Below are positions 47,479-55,628 of a stretch of 64,000 nucleotides of DNA, in pieces. Location of the stretch: contig MPNC01000004.1 of the NCBI GenBank assembly GCA_002238825.1, forward strand, positions 5,241-69,240, written 5' to 3'. The position numbers and the translations under genes were made by a program. Below the pieces are notes generated by a model that saw only the letters and a list, made by a program, of their open reading frames with translations, was not told where the DNA came from and did no database searches. The DNA comes from SAR202 cluster bacterium bin87. Lineage in GTDB: Bacteria; Chloroflexota; Dehalococcoidia; Lucifugimonadales; UBA3495. How positions within the stretch are numbered: the first letter of the stretch is position 1; each line of letters starts with the position of its first letter.

Positions 47479-47855
47479 TCTTATTTAATTCTTACGACAC
47501 TTACCCAAGTCCCAGGATCACACTACAAGTTGCCAGAAACGCAAGGGACCAGTCCATCTTTGACAGCAGAACCGTAGACGCCATCGTGGACACCGGCTTT
47601 AACGGTTGGCTGACTCTGCCTTTTGAAACCATTAATGAGTTGTTTCTCGAGCCAGTCGGTACTGATACTCTTATTCTCGCTGATGGTACAACCACACAAT
47701 CTCACCGATACAGGGCAAGCGTGTGGCTTGGACAGATTGAACGGGAGTGCTTGGTGCATCGGTTGCCAGGCGAACCGAAATTGGGCATGGCATTCCTTAG
47801 GCATGTAAACATCACGATAAGAAACGGCGAAGTCCAGGTCGACCCGCCCTACTAA
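47475..47855 (+). CDS. Retropepsin-like clan AA aspartic protease (DTGF type)
   Basis: ATGA overlap with the HNH gene. AIVDTGFNGWLTLP active-site motif; ~126 aa single-lobe size. Confidence 0.7.
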   Translation: MILFNSYDTYPSPRITLQVARNARDQSIFDSRTVDAIVDTGFNGWLTLPFETINELFLEPVGTDTLILADGTTTQSHRYRASVWLGQIERECLVHRLPGEPKLGMAFLRHVNITIRNGEVQVDPPY

Positions 47856-48131
47856 TTACACCCCCTTACGCACGCGCGGGGGTCGAGACCCCTGGGCCGT
47901 GTGCGAGTCCGATGCGCGTCCACGGTTCCCCGACAGTGCGAACAGGAACACTACGACGGTCGCGCGTGCTCCATCGTTTCGTGAAATCGGGCGTAGATGC
48001 CAGGAAGCATTTCTGGTATACAATCTGGCCACACGGCGCTAATCGAACCGTATGGCCCACGAGATTGTAGCGCAGGCAGCGCTGAGCGCGACGGCGTGAC
48101 ATCCAACTCTACTGACGCAAAAGGAGGCCTC

Positions 48132-48587
48132 GTGTTCCGAACCCGCACTTTCCTTTTGACCCTATGCGTGATGACAGCGCTCGCCCTCGCCTGCTCTTCC
48201 GCACCCACTACAAGTGACCAGCAATCGGTTCAATACGTCTCCAGCACCCTCGCGCCCGATCAGTCACACTGTGACTTGACCTACCCTACCAGCGCAGTTG
48301 ATCACGTTTTCACTGTGGGTACCCACGTGAACGTGCAGGGTGAGATATGGGCGGATGGCGAATGCCAGGGCGTCACTCAAACCCTGCAAGGACTGCTCCC
48401 GAAAGGACTTACCTTCACGACTGATGGGAGCAGGCGTCGGTGGACAATCTCCGGCACTCCCACGCAACTGATGGCTAAAACGGTCTACACGATCGAGGCT
48501 ACTGCTGAATGCTGCCGCGGCGGATTTCGGTCCACATCCACGTCAGTCAGCATTACAGTAGCGGAGTCAGGGTCAGTGAGTTATTGA
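48132..48587 (+). CDS. Lipoprotein with Ig-like (He_PIG-type) domain
   Basis: GTG start after AAGGAGG; lipobox LALAC; LPKGLTFTTDGSRRRWTISGTPT. Confidence 0.6.
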   Translation: MFRTRTFLLTLCVMTALALACSSAPTTSDQQSVQYVSSTLAPDQSHCDLTYPTSAVDHVFTVGTHVNVQGEIWADGECQGVTQTLQGLLPKGLTFTTDGSRRRWTISGTPTQLMAKTVYTIEATAECCRGGFRSTSTSVSITVAESGSVSY

Positions 48588-48630
48588 ACAATCCTGCTGA
48601 ATGAAGGGACAAAGCTGAGGACCAGAAGCC

Positions 48631-49083
48631 ATGCACTCGTTCATGTCCAAAATGCCAGGCCTCATCATGGTGGCGGTTGTGGTCTCGTTGGTGGCGATGG
48701 CGCTCACCCATATGGATCTCCTGCCGCCATCTTACAGAACCCCGATCCTTGACATGGTTCGGGATGAAACCGATTGCGCCACCGCCACAGGCAAAGACGA
48801 CTGTGCCCATACCGTCATGCAACTACGGTCCCTGATGGCAGCCTTGGCAGCTGCGATGTGTACCATATCAACCGTGGCCGCGAGCACTAGGAAATGGCAG
48901 GCAATCTACGGCAGCATCGCTGGGCTCGCTGCTCTGAAAGCGGTGTTCCACCAGTTCATGTACATCATGGACGGCAGCCTAACGATACCGCTCACTGTGG
49001 TAATAGTCGCCGCCATGGTATCGGTGATTCCAGCTGTTGCAGTGCTTAGCATCAGCAGCTCATACGCTGAGAAAAAAGAGTGA
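48631..49083 (+). CDS. Membrane protein
   Basis: 150 aa with 4 TM segments. Confidence 0.55.
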   Translation: MHSFMSKMPGLIMVAVVVSLVAMALTHMDLLPPSYRTPILDMVRDETDCATATGKDDCAHTVMQLRSLMAALAAAMCTISTVAASTRKWQAIYGSIAGLAALKAVFHQFMYIMDGSLTIPLTVVIVAAMVSVIPAVAVLSISSSYAEKKE

Positions 49084-49130
49084 CCGACCTTCTGAGTGGG
49101 AGCATGAATGCCCCTACGGGATAGATTGAA

Positions 49131-49406
49131 ATGCGTTGGAGTAATTTGTTGATACTCCTGCTCCTGGTCGCCGTCGCGTGCGGCTCCCAAGCCTCCCCCG
49201 CGCCCGATTTTCGTGCGGTCTGTACCAGGGCGCATGACGCCATCGCCCCCACGGTCGAGCAATACGTCCACCACGGCGCGCAACGGCCATGGGCCTACCA
49301 GCTGGCGATCTCTGACCATGCGCAACATCGGGGACTGACGCCGGCGACGCTGCATAAGGTCCTGGAGCCGTGCGCTGCTGAGCTCGCCCCTCTCAAGCGG
49401 CGATAG
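49131..49406 (+). CDS. Small lipoprotein
   Basis: Lipobox VAVAC. Confidence 0.5.
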   Translation: MRWSNLLILLLLVAVACGSQASPAPDFRAVCTRAHDAIAPTVEQYVHHGAQRPWAYQLAISDHAQHRGLTPATLHKVLEPCAAELAPLKRR

Positions 49407-49465
49407 ACTGTCGGCGCCAAAATCGGGTATGGTGAGCGCCGCCGCCCTGCAAGGCCCTCAGAGTT

Positions 49466-49580
49466 TATTTATGGGCAAGTCGCGGAATTTTTGGGCAGGT
49501 GACAGAATTTATGGGCAACTTCTGGAATTTATGGGCAAGTCGCGGAATTTTTGGGCAGAATCGAATTTTTGGGCACCGCC
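49466..49580 (+). repeat. Iteron-like array R2: 6 units phased at 20 bp (GAATTTWTGGGCARN)
   Basis: GGGCA cores at 49473, 49493, 49513, 49533, 49553 and 49571. The array ends ~20 bp inside the right island junction and has the same orientation as R1. Confidence 0.85.
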
Positions 49581-49602
49581 TCGGGAACCTGGTCCCGTTG
49601 GT

Positions 49603-50059
49603 TGAGTTTGTTAAGAGTGTCGCCGAAGGTGGCGATGTCATCTTCGTTGATGACGGCGTCGGGAGATGGTCCGCGGTCTCCGCGCCGGAATGCTCCGGCG
49701 TACAGGATGGTGTCCCGTCCCGTCTCCTCGCTCATTTGCTGGAGGTTGTGGAGGATGATGGATTCGCAGGCGGCCAGGTCGCCGCCGGCGTCGCGGATGG
49801 AGTGGACCAGTTCCGGGGGAGGGGGCATATCGGGAGTGTCCTGTTGAGGCGTGTACGGGTCGAATGGTGGTCCCCAGGCGTCCTCAGAGCGTCTGGAATC
49901 TTGGTACTCGGAAATGAGTTCGATGTAGTGCAGCAGCATTTGGTTCCTTTCACGGTGACGTGCGGCGTTGTCGGAATCTGGTTGATCCGAAACCCGCTCC
50001 GGCGTCTCACGGAAGGGACGTTCAGGCGAGGAATGCTGCTCTTGCTCTGGACTTTCCAT
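49603..50059 (-). pseudogene. SDH-family serine protease, N-terminal fragment
   Basis: ...RDTILYAGAF...AVINEDDIATFGDTLNKLNQR, then reads into island DNA (DQVPEAVPKNS...). It continues in frame at 1435 if the island is removed. Confidence 0.7.
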
Positions 50060-50266
50060 GGTTGTCGCTGGCAGTCCGTGGTTGGGAACGTGTTGGCGGT
50101 GAATGTATCACGTCAACAGGCATTCCGTGAGATCCGGCAGCGGGTTCGGTGTGGCGATGTTGGCTGGACTACCGCGTGGTGGAACCAGCGGTCGCGTCGT
50201 TAGTGATGATGGCGGATTTTATTGATTGTCGGTGAGCAGCGTGCGGCAGGATTGGTTCCCGGGCAT

Positions 50267-50310
50267 CAAAAATGGCCGGCGCGCCTCTGGTAACCAGAGG
50301 CGCGCCGGCC
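50267..50310 (-). terminator. Rho-independent terminator
   Basis: Perfect 17-bp stem GGCCGGCGCGCCTCTGG/CCAGAGGCGCGCCGGCC, with a T-run on the minus strand. Confidence 0.7.
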
Positions 50311-50347
50311 GCGAATCGTTGTTGATTGGGGACGCGTGGAAGTGTTG

Positions 50348-50512
50348 TCAGAAAAGGGGCATTTGAAGTTTCTTCGCGTTCTCCCGGCTGCGTTTGTGCG
50401 CGGCACGCTGGGACTCCGGCTTTGACGGCTGCGGAGCAGATTTCCCTCTGGCGCGTTTCGGTTTCATCTCGGCGGTTTTGACGCTTTGTTTGGCATCGGT
50501 CTTGCGATCCAT
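50348..50512 (-). CDS. Small Lys-rich basic protein (54 aa, below ORF-track cutoff)
   Basis: Product MDRKTDAKQSVKTAEMKPKRARGKSAPQPSKPESQRAAHKRSRENAKKLQMPLF, followed by the terminator at 50267-50310. Confidence 0.35.
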   Translation of the reverse strand: MDRKTDAKQSVKTAEMKPKRARGKSAPQPSKPESQRAAHKRSRENAKKLQMPLF

Positions 50513-50857
50513 GGCCTTGGTGCTCGAGGTGGCCTTGCTTGCCGCCTCGCTGCCCTTTTTCTTACGCTTTCATGATACCGAATGGTCGTGTGATGGGTGT
50601 TTTTTTAGTATGGACTGTGCTAATGTGAGAATCAATAGACGAAAGAAATGACCGGCGCGAGTGCATCCAGCACCATTCACTGGCGTCAATATTGTCATGT
50701 TGCCGGAAGAGCATGGTCCGGGAAGCGGTGCCGTCCGGCGTTAAGTGCATTGGTCAGACGGCTCGCTCCGACCCTCAAGTATTTTTCACGATGCGACGGG
50801 CGAGTGGCTGGTAGCGTCGCCGCATTTCTTTTGGAACTGACACAAGACGGAGGATAT

Positions 50858-51310
50858 ATGAAGGACAAAAAACGGAATCTGGCTCTGCAGTACTCGCGAA
50901 CGGCTGTATGGAACGATGAGGAATCCGGCAGGTCACTCGGCGCTCAGGAGGAGGCCTGCAAGGAGTACGCGGCCAAGGTGGGCTTGGTCGTCGTCTCCGC
51001 GCGCGATTAACGGGAAATCGGTGACGGGTCGGTGACGGACGCTCACCGGCTAAACAAAAAGGTCCGTTGAATTCGGCCCAATGCCGGATTTGCTTTGGTC
51101 GACCGGCTGGCCGCATGCGGCCCTTGGTGTAATCGTCGCGGCGATGACCGACAGGGGCCGCTGATCTTCGGTCGCATGGTTGGGGCGGTTTCGCTTGCGA
51201 GTTCCGCTTACCGACATTTTCAAGTCTGGCCTGTGGCCTGGGTCGGCGACCGCCGTGAACCTGAAAGTGTTGGGCTCGTGTGCTTACGTAACCGAAAAAT
51301 GGGGCGTTAG
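50858..51310 (+). pseudogene. Serine recombinase remnant
   Basis: SD GGAGGA. MKDKKRNLALQYSRTAVWNDEESGRSLGAQEEACKEYAAKVGLVVV fits the resolvase/large-serine-recombinase N-terminus, but YSRTA has Ala where the catalytic Ser is expected. Stop after 50 aa. DGS... and ...VDRLA... pieces follow in other frames. Confidence 0.55.
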
Positions 51311-51335
51311 CAGCGCAGCCATCACACGCTTGTAG

Positions 51336-52239
51336 TCATCGGCTTCCCGTGTCGGAGCTCAGGCGGCTCACGAGATCAAATAGCCATTCTGTGGCCTCGG
51401 GGTAGTGAGCTATATCCAGCACGAATTCCTGTCGCCTGCCGACGCTCCGCAGGGAGGCGTGGTTCGCGTCATGCCGCCACCGTCTGAGGTTGGGGTGGTA
51501 AGTCAAAGGCCGCTTGTTCCCCTCTGGGTAGAACCACCGCGGCAGCCGCTATTGCGAAACGCCGGCTCCGTTGGGATCGGTCAGGACCAGCCGCTGGTCG
51601 AACCCGGGGAACACGCTCCGTCCTGCGACTTCGCACCCGTCGCCGCTCAGGTCCAGATGCGTGTCGCTGCGTAGACGGTGTTCTGGTTGCCGCGGTAGCT
51701 TCCAGAGAGGTGCGGATGGTGGCGTGCCCAGGGGAGGTCGTTGGGCCCGATGTCGGCAACCCGATACTTCTGGTCAATGTAGCCCAGCCCCACAGGACGT
51801 GGATCTCTGGGTGCCACGGACGAAGTGCCATCGTTGGGCGGTTTTCTCCACTCAGTGGTAGAGGCCGAAGAGCAAGAAGACGTCGCCGGCGCCAACGCCC
51901 TGCCTTTCGAGGTGCCCCTGCGCGATGCCGGCCAGGCCGAGCATCCCTCGCCACTGTTGCCAAGCGGCACGGTCTTTGCGTGCCGGTACGCGTTGAAGTT
52001 GAGGTCGGGGTCGAGGTGGACGCGTTCCCTTCCGCTGATTCGGCCGCTGGTGATGCCAGTAACGACGGTGGCGATGTCCAGGTCGCCGTGTTGCAGGTCT
52101 TCGAACCGTTCGCGGTCTCCGGACGGGATGGGCAACGAGAACATCGAGCCGTCGGGAAGGATGGGGCTGGGACAGCCGCCTGACCCGGAGTCGAAGCCCT
52201 TGTGGCTGAGGATCAGCTTCTGCGGCTTCAGAGTTTCAT
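51336..52239 (-). pseudogene. Multi-frameshift pseudogene of unknown family
   Basis: Collinear coding-like pieces lie in three frames: KPQKLILSHKGFDSGSGGCPSPILPDGSMFSLPIPSG...; GMLGLAGIAQGHLERQGVGAGDVFLLFGLYH; GLGYIDQKYRVADIGPNDLPWARHHPHL; RLPRWFYPEGNKRPLTYHPN...GRRQEFVLDIAHYPEATEWLFDL. Confidence 0.55.
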
Positions 52240-52343
52240 CCCCAAGAATTGGTTGGGCGAAACGGTAGCATCCGCGAGTTGCGGCATCTACCTATGCGGC
52301 GGTGAGGCGCCTGTCAGCGTTTTGGTGGCACACCATGTGGGGA

Positions 52344-52456
52344 GGCCTTGCCCGTAAAATCAAGAGCGTGCCCGTAAAATCAAGAGTTTGCCCGTAAATT
52401 CGACGTTTGCCCGAAAACTCCGAGCATGGACGATTTTTGGGCAAGACCTCGGGCAA
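52344..52456 (-). repeat. Iteron-like array R3: 4 reverse units at 20-bp phase plus a convergent forward unit
   Basis: TGCCC cores at 52349, 52369, 52389 and 52408 (TGCCCGTAAAATC type), then GATTTTTGGGCAAG at 52431-52444. Confidence 0.8.
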
Positions 52457-52595
52457 GGGGAGCGCAACGGGATCCTTCCAATACCGCGGATAAATCTCAC
52501 AACGCCGAAATGCAGATGGCAGAAAAGCCGGCGGTCAGACATGCCAGCCACACCAACCCAGCGATGATTTTCTGCTGTCGCGGGGTGAGCCGCAT

Positions 52596-52946
52596 TTACG
52601 AGCCTGTTTCCGTGATGCGATCTGCCTGGCGGTAACCCTCCAACGTTAATCGGTAGGTATCATCGGCAACGTGCTCCGCCCAGTGGGCAGCGGCTATCTC
52701 TCTCGCTGCTTCGCGATACTCGAGCGAGGTGCGGTGACTTGTCCCGCTGTCCGGCATAGTTTCGTCGCCTGCGGTACAAGTCTCGATACCAGTTGGGTCC
52801 GCAACCATACCGTGTGGGCCCGACACTTTCGGTAAGTCGAATGTGATCAGCCCTTGTCTGGTTCCGCCTCCCTTTGCGGCTCTCGACAGGATGGCTTTGG
52901 CCTTGTCGGACATGTTAGCTCCGAAAGGGTCGAACGGCGATACCAT
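52596..52946 (-). CDS. Hypothetical protein
   Basis: Start at MVSPFDPF (SD GGAGG). It is the only ORF between arrays R3 and R4. Confidence 0.45.
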   Translation of the reverse strand: MVSPFDPFGANMSDKAKAILSRAAKGGGTRQGLITFDLPKVSGPHGMVADPTGIETCTAGDETMPDSGTSHRTSLEYREAAREIAAAHWAEHVADDTYRLTLEGYRQADRITETGS

Positions 52947-53130
52947 AGCCAGCGCCTCCAGTTGTTTCAGATATCTGAGCCTACAACCCCAAGGCAAGCC
53001 TCGACCCCGAGGGTGAGCCATAAGGCAACGCTCAGACGTGGGATAGTATACTATCGCCCTCCTACAATGGACCCGCTGGAAAGGCCGACCAATGCGTGAC
53101 GGTAACCGTAACTTATCTGACGCATTTCAG

Positions 53131-53206
53131 CCGCCCGTGACGGTGTCCGAAAACTCCAGCACTTGCCCGAAAACTCCGCTATTTTAACGATTTTACGGGC
53201 AAGGCC
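53131..53206 (-). repeat. Iteron-like array R4: 2-3 reverse units plus a convergent forward unit
   Basis: TGTCCGAAAACTC and TTGCCCGAAAACTC lie 20 bp apart, followed by GATTTTACGGGCAAGGCC. Confidence 0.75.
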
Positions 53207-54050
53207 CATGTGGGGACGGGTTTGGTTGCTTCAGGTGGTTGCCCCCGTGGTTCATTGTGTCCGTTTCGGCGGGTGGTGCCTGCCGGGCGGCGCGCCGAGA
53301 GCTGGCCGTATCCGCTTTGGATGCTGTCGCAGGGACGGATGGGGCTTTCGCCCTCCTTCGTCTCGAGTAAAGGCGGAGCCTCAGCAGACAAAGGGTACAG
53401 CGGGTGTGCCCCACTTCACTCGGGAAGTCGCAATCTAAGCAGATGCCGAATGATGTTCGCTGGGCCCGAGATAGGGATTGGGTGTTTGGCCGTACCTTTT
53501 CGATGGATGGATCGGAAACCTGAGATTCTCGAGCGTCCACTTCTGCCTGTATGCGCTGGAGCAATTCCGCGTCGCTGATTCGCTGGATAGGTTTGGCGCC
53601 TTGCGCTCGTCGACGCATTTCCGAGTACGGTCGTAGCGATACGCGGTGTTTTTCAGCGCAATCTGGGCAACGAGTTTGTCCCTCGATTGTTGTGGCTGGG
53701 CAGCTTATGCAGAGGCCGTTGTCCTTTTGGCGCTGGCGACGTTCGGCGGCGCGTTTCCGGTCGCGCTCTCGTTTCTCTGCCTCCGTGAGGCGGGGTTTCT
53801 TCGGTTTGGTGGCTGTGCGAGTTTTCGGATGTCCTTGGCTGGTGCTGGTCGGCTTGCATGGAACGGAGGTGATTTCTGGGGTACCCTCTGCTGAAGGCGC
53901 GTGCAGTGCCGACTCTGGGTCGTGTGAGGAGTGGGTTGCAGCGTTATCACGGTGGGGTTGCCTTACGTTGTTACGACGACCAGATTTGCCTTTGTTGCTT
54001 GGCAACGGGACGGTGATCTCGAAAATTCTTTTGGAATACCGTATCGGAAC
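53193..54050 (-). CDS. Basic protein with two zinc-ribbon-like modules (start unresolved, non-ATG)
   Basis: KRERDRKRAAERRQRQKDNGLCISCP...RCPDCAEKHR and FGICLDCDF...RCTLCLLRLRLYSRRRR. The upstream half of ORF 53193-54620 is translated REP repeat. Confidence 0.4.
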   Translation of the reverse strand, partial: VPIRYSKRIFEITVPLPSNKGKSGRRNNVRQPHRDNAATHSSHDPESALHAPSAEGTPEITSVPCKPTSTSQGHPKTRTATKPKKPRLTEAEKRERDRKRAAERRQRQKDNGLCISCPATTIEGQTRCPDCAEKHRVSLRPYSEMRRRAQGAKPIQRISDAELLQRIQAEVDARESQVSDPSIEKVRPNTQSLSRAQRTSFGICLDCDFPSEVGHTRCTLCLLRLRLYSRRRRAKAPSVPATASKADTASSRRAARQAPPAETDTMNHGGNHLKQPNPSPHGPCP

Positions 54051-54108
54051 GACGGGTGGACTTTGCAAAGGCCCTGCCCGGTCCGCGCGGCTCACCCGTA
54101 CCCGTTTT

Positions 54109-54375
54109 GTCATCGCGAGGAGCGACGCGACGCGGCGATCTCGTTCCCGCATTGGCGTTCCTTGCCCCAACGAGATTGCCACGCTTCGCTCGCAATGACG
54201 GTTCCAGAGAAGACGGTACCAGAGAAACTGGGTACGCGTGAGGTCCCAGGGCATTTCCAAAGTAGCTTTTGTCATTGCGAGCGCAGCGCGGCAATCTCGC
54301 TCCGGGGCATGACTCATACGGGAAAGCCTTGTTGCATCGACGGGATTGCCACGTCGCTCCGCTCCTCGCAATGAC
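54109..54375. repeat. REP-like palindromic repeat cluster (4 units)
   Basis: GTCATTGCGAGCG.AGCG.GGCAATCTCG and its complement. The same units recur at 58309-58403 and 59565-59655. Confidence 0.85.
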
Positions 54376-54469
54376 GGGTGGACTTTGGAAAAGGCCCTGG
54401 TGAGGTCCGCGCGGGGTTTGACTCCACCCGCCAAGGCTGCTAATCTGGAATCGTTAACAACTGAACCGT

Positions 54470-54811
54470 AAACGCCTGCCGGTGGCCCGTTAGTAGCGCG
54501 ATCAATCCCCAGCGCACGACGGGCTGAAAAGGAAATCCGGTGAGAATCCGGTGCGGTCCCGCCACTGTAATTGGCGAGACGCCCTCCCTTTCGCATCCCC
54601 GTGGTGCGAACGCAAGCCACTATCCGCCATCGAGCGGACGGGAAGGCGGAGGAGCGTCGTTATCAGCCATCAGCCAGGAGGCCTGCCAGCAGGTGTGTTC
54701 CAGCTGCACTTCGTGGAACGAGTGGGCGGAATCCCGGTATACCCAATAGCAAGACCGGTTCCCAGCCGCAGGCTCCGTCGCCCGACCGCAAGAGTGCAGT
54801 CGGGTTTTTTT
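54470..54811 (+). promoter_or_regulatory. Cobalamin (B12) riboswitch with intrinsic terminator
   Basis: GAAAAGGAAATCCGGTGAGAATCCGGTGCGGTCCCGCCACTGTAA (B12 box) ... CAGCCAGGAGGCCTGCCAGC. Terminator CCCGAC-loop-GTCGGG plus T7 at 54781-54811. Confidence 0.85.
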
Positions 54812-54983
54812 GTTATGACTAATGAACGACCACTCCCTGCGCTGCTCCGGCGGACCGGTTCCTCCTCCATCGGCCCGTCGGGGCGCGCTTTCGTCAATTT
54901 GCCTTGCCGTCGCCGCTGGGTGATAATCGACCCAACGCACCCGTCGAACGGCCCGGGCGCTACGCCAATTGAGAGGTGACTGC

Positions 54984-55424
54984 ATGAGCGACGTCATGCT
55001 CCGCGAGATACTAGAAGAATGCCGCGACGGGGTCGACGGCATCGGATTCAACGAGGTGGTGGTGATGCTGGAAAGCACGGCCGCCTCCGCCGAGGTCTAC
55101 ATGGACTTCGACGACCTGCGGTTCACTCCGGACGGGCGCATCGTGACCCTCATGGTGCCCGGCGGCACCCACATGCACCTGGACATGTCCAAGATCCGCG
55201 AGGCGCAGTTCATCCACACCACCAACGACCAGGGCCTCCCCTCGTACCAGTTGTGGATGCGCGACGGCGACGGCAACCCGGCCATGCGCGTCTACCTGCG
55301 CAAGTCGGACGACGACGCCACCAACCCGCCGCGCCACGGCTTCTTCATGGCCCTGCTGGACAAGTACCCCAGCAAGATCGACCTGCCCGCCGAGGCCTAT
55401 GGCTCGGCCGGCGAGCACCCGTAG
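54984..55424 (+). CDS. ChuX/HutX-like small tetrapyrrole-binding-type protein (tentative)
   Basis: 146 aa, the first ORF after the riboswitch. Loose collinear resemblance to ChuX (…QLWMRDGDGNPAMRVYLRKSD…). Not verified. Confidence 0.5.
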   Translation: MSDVMLREILEECRDGVDGIGFNEVVVMLESTAASAEVYMDFDDLRFTPDGRIVTLMVPGGTHMHLDMSKIREAQFIHTTNDQGLPSYQLWMRDGDGNPAMRVYLRKSDDDATNPPRHGFFMALLDKYPSKIDLPAEAYGSAGEHP

Positions 55425-55462
55425 AGCCGGTCCTCGTCGGCATAGCGGGTGGGCGAATTTAC

Positions 55463-55583
55463 ATTGATGCACAGGATAGACAGGATTGGATGTAGCGTTC
55501 TGGATGCGGCGCCGCTCGTGACCATACGATGAACCGAACTTCCGATCAATACCGCATACATCCTGTTTATCCTGTGCATCGAT
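55463..55583. repeat. 24-bp inverted repeat pair
   Basis: ATTGATGCACAGGATAGACAGGAT at 55463-55486 and its near-complement at 55560-55583. A related GGATACACAGGATG occurs at ~59705. Confidence 0.7.
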
Positions 55584-55628
55584 GTGAGAAGAAACGTGGG
55601 TACGCATGAGTGACCGCATGAGGTTGAC

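Larger units (their letters stand above)
1443..49602. mobile_element. Integrated genomic island (~48.2 kb) inside the SDH-family protease gene
   Basis: CGTTGGT occurs at 1436-1442 and 49596-49602. Deleting 1443-49602 joins ...LNKLNQR to QLDLILHSPGG in frame. The island is dense in accessory, secreted and small-membrane genes, carries an IS, and has patches of lower GC. Confidence 0.75.

Noticed and set aside
49466-49580. CRISPR array interpretation of the 20-bp repeats
   Set aside because: The period is only 20 bp with no unique spacers between units. The units are degenerate, and no cas genes are present apart from an orphan Cas4-like nuclease 20 kb away.
1443-49602. Prophage interpretation of the island
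   Set aside because: No terminase, portal, capsid, tail or lysis genes were recognised. The content is secreted proteins, small membrane proteins and putative defence genes.
54051-54620. N-terminal half of ORF 53193-54620
   Set aside because: It consists of translated REP palindromes (…CRAALAMT…, …HCERSVAIS…) and the riboswitch flank. Only the part below ~54050 looks protein-like.
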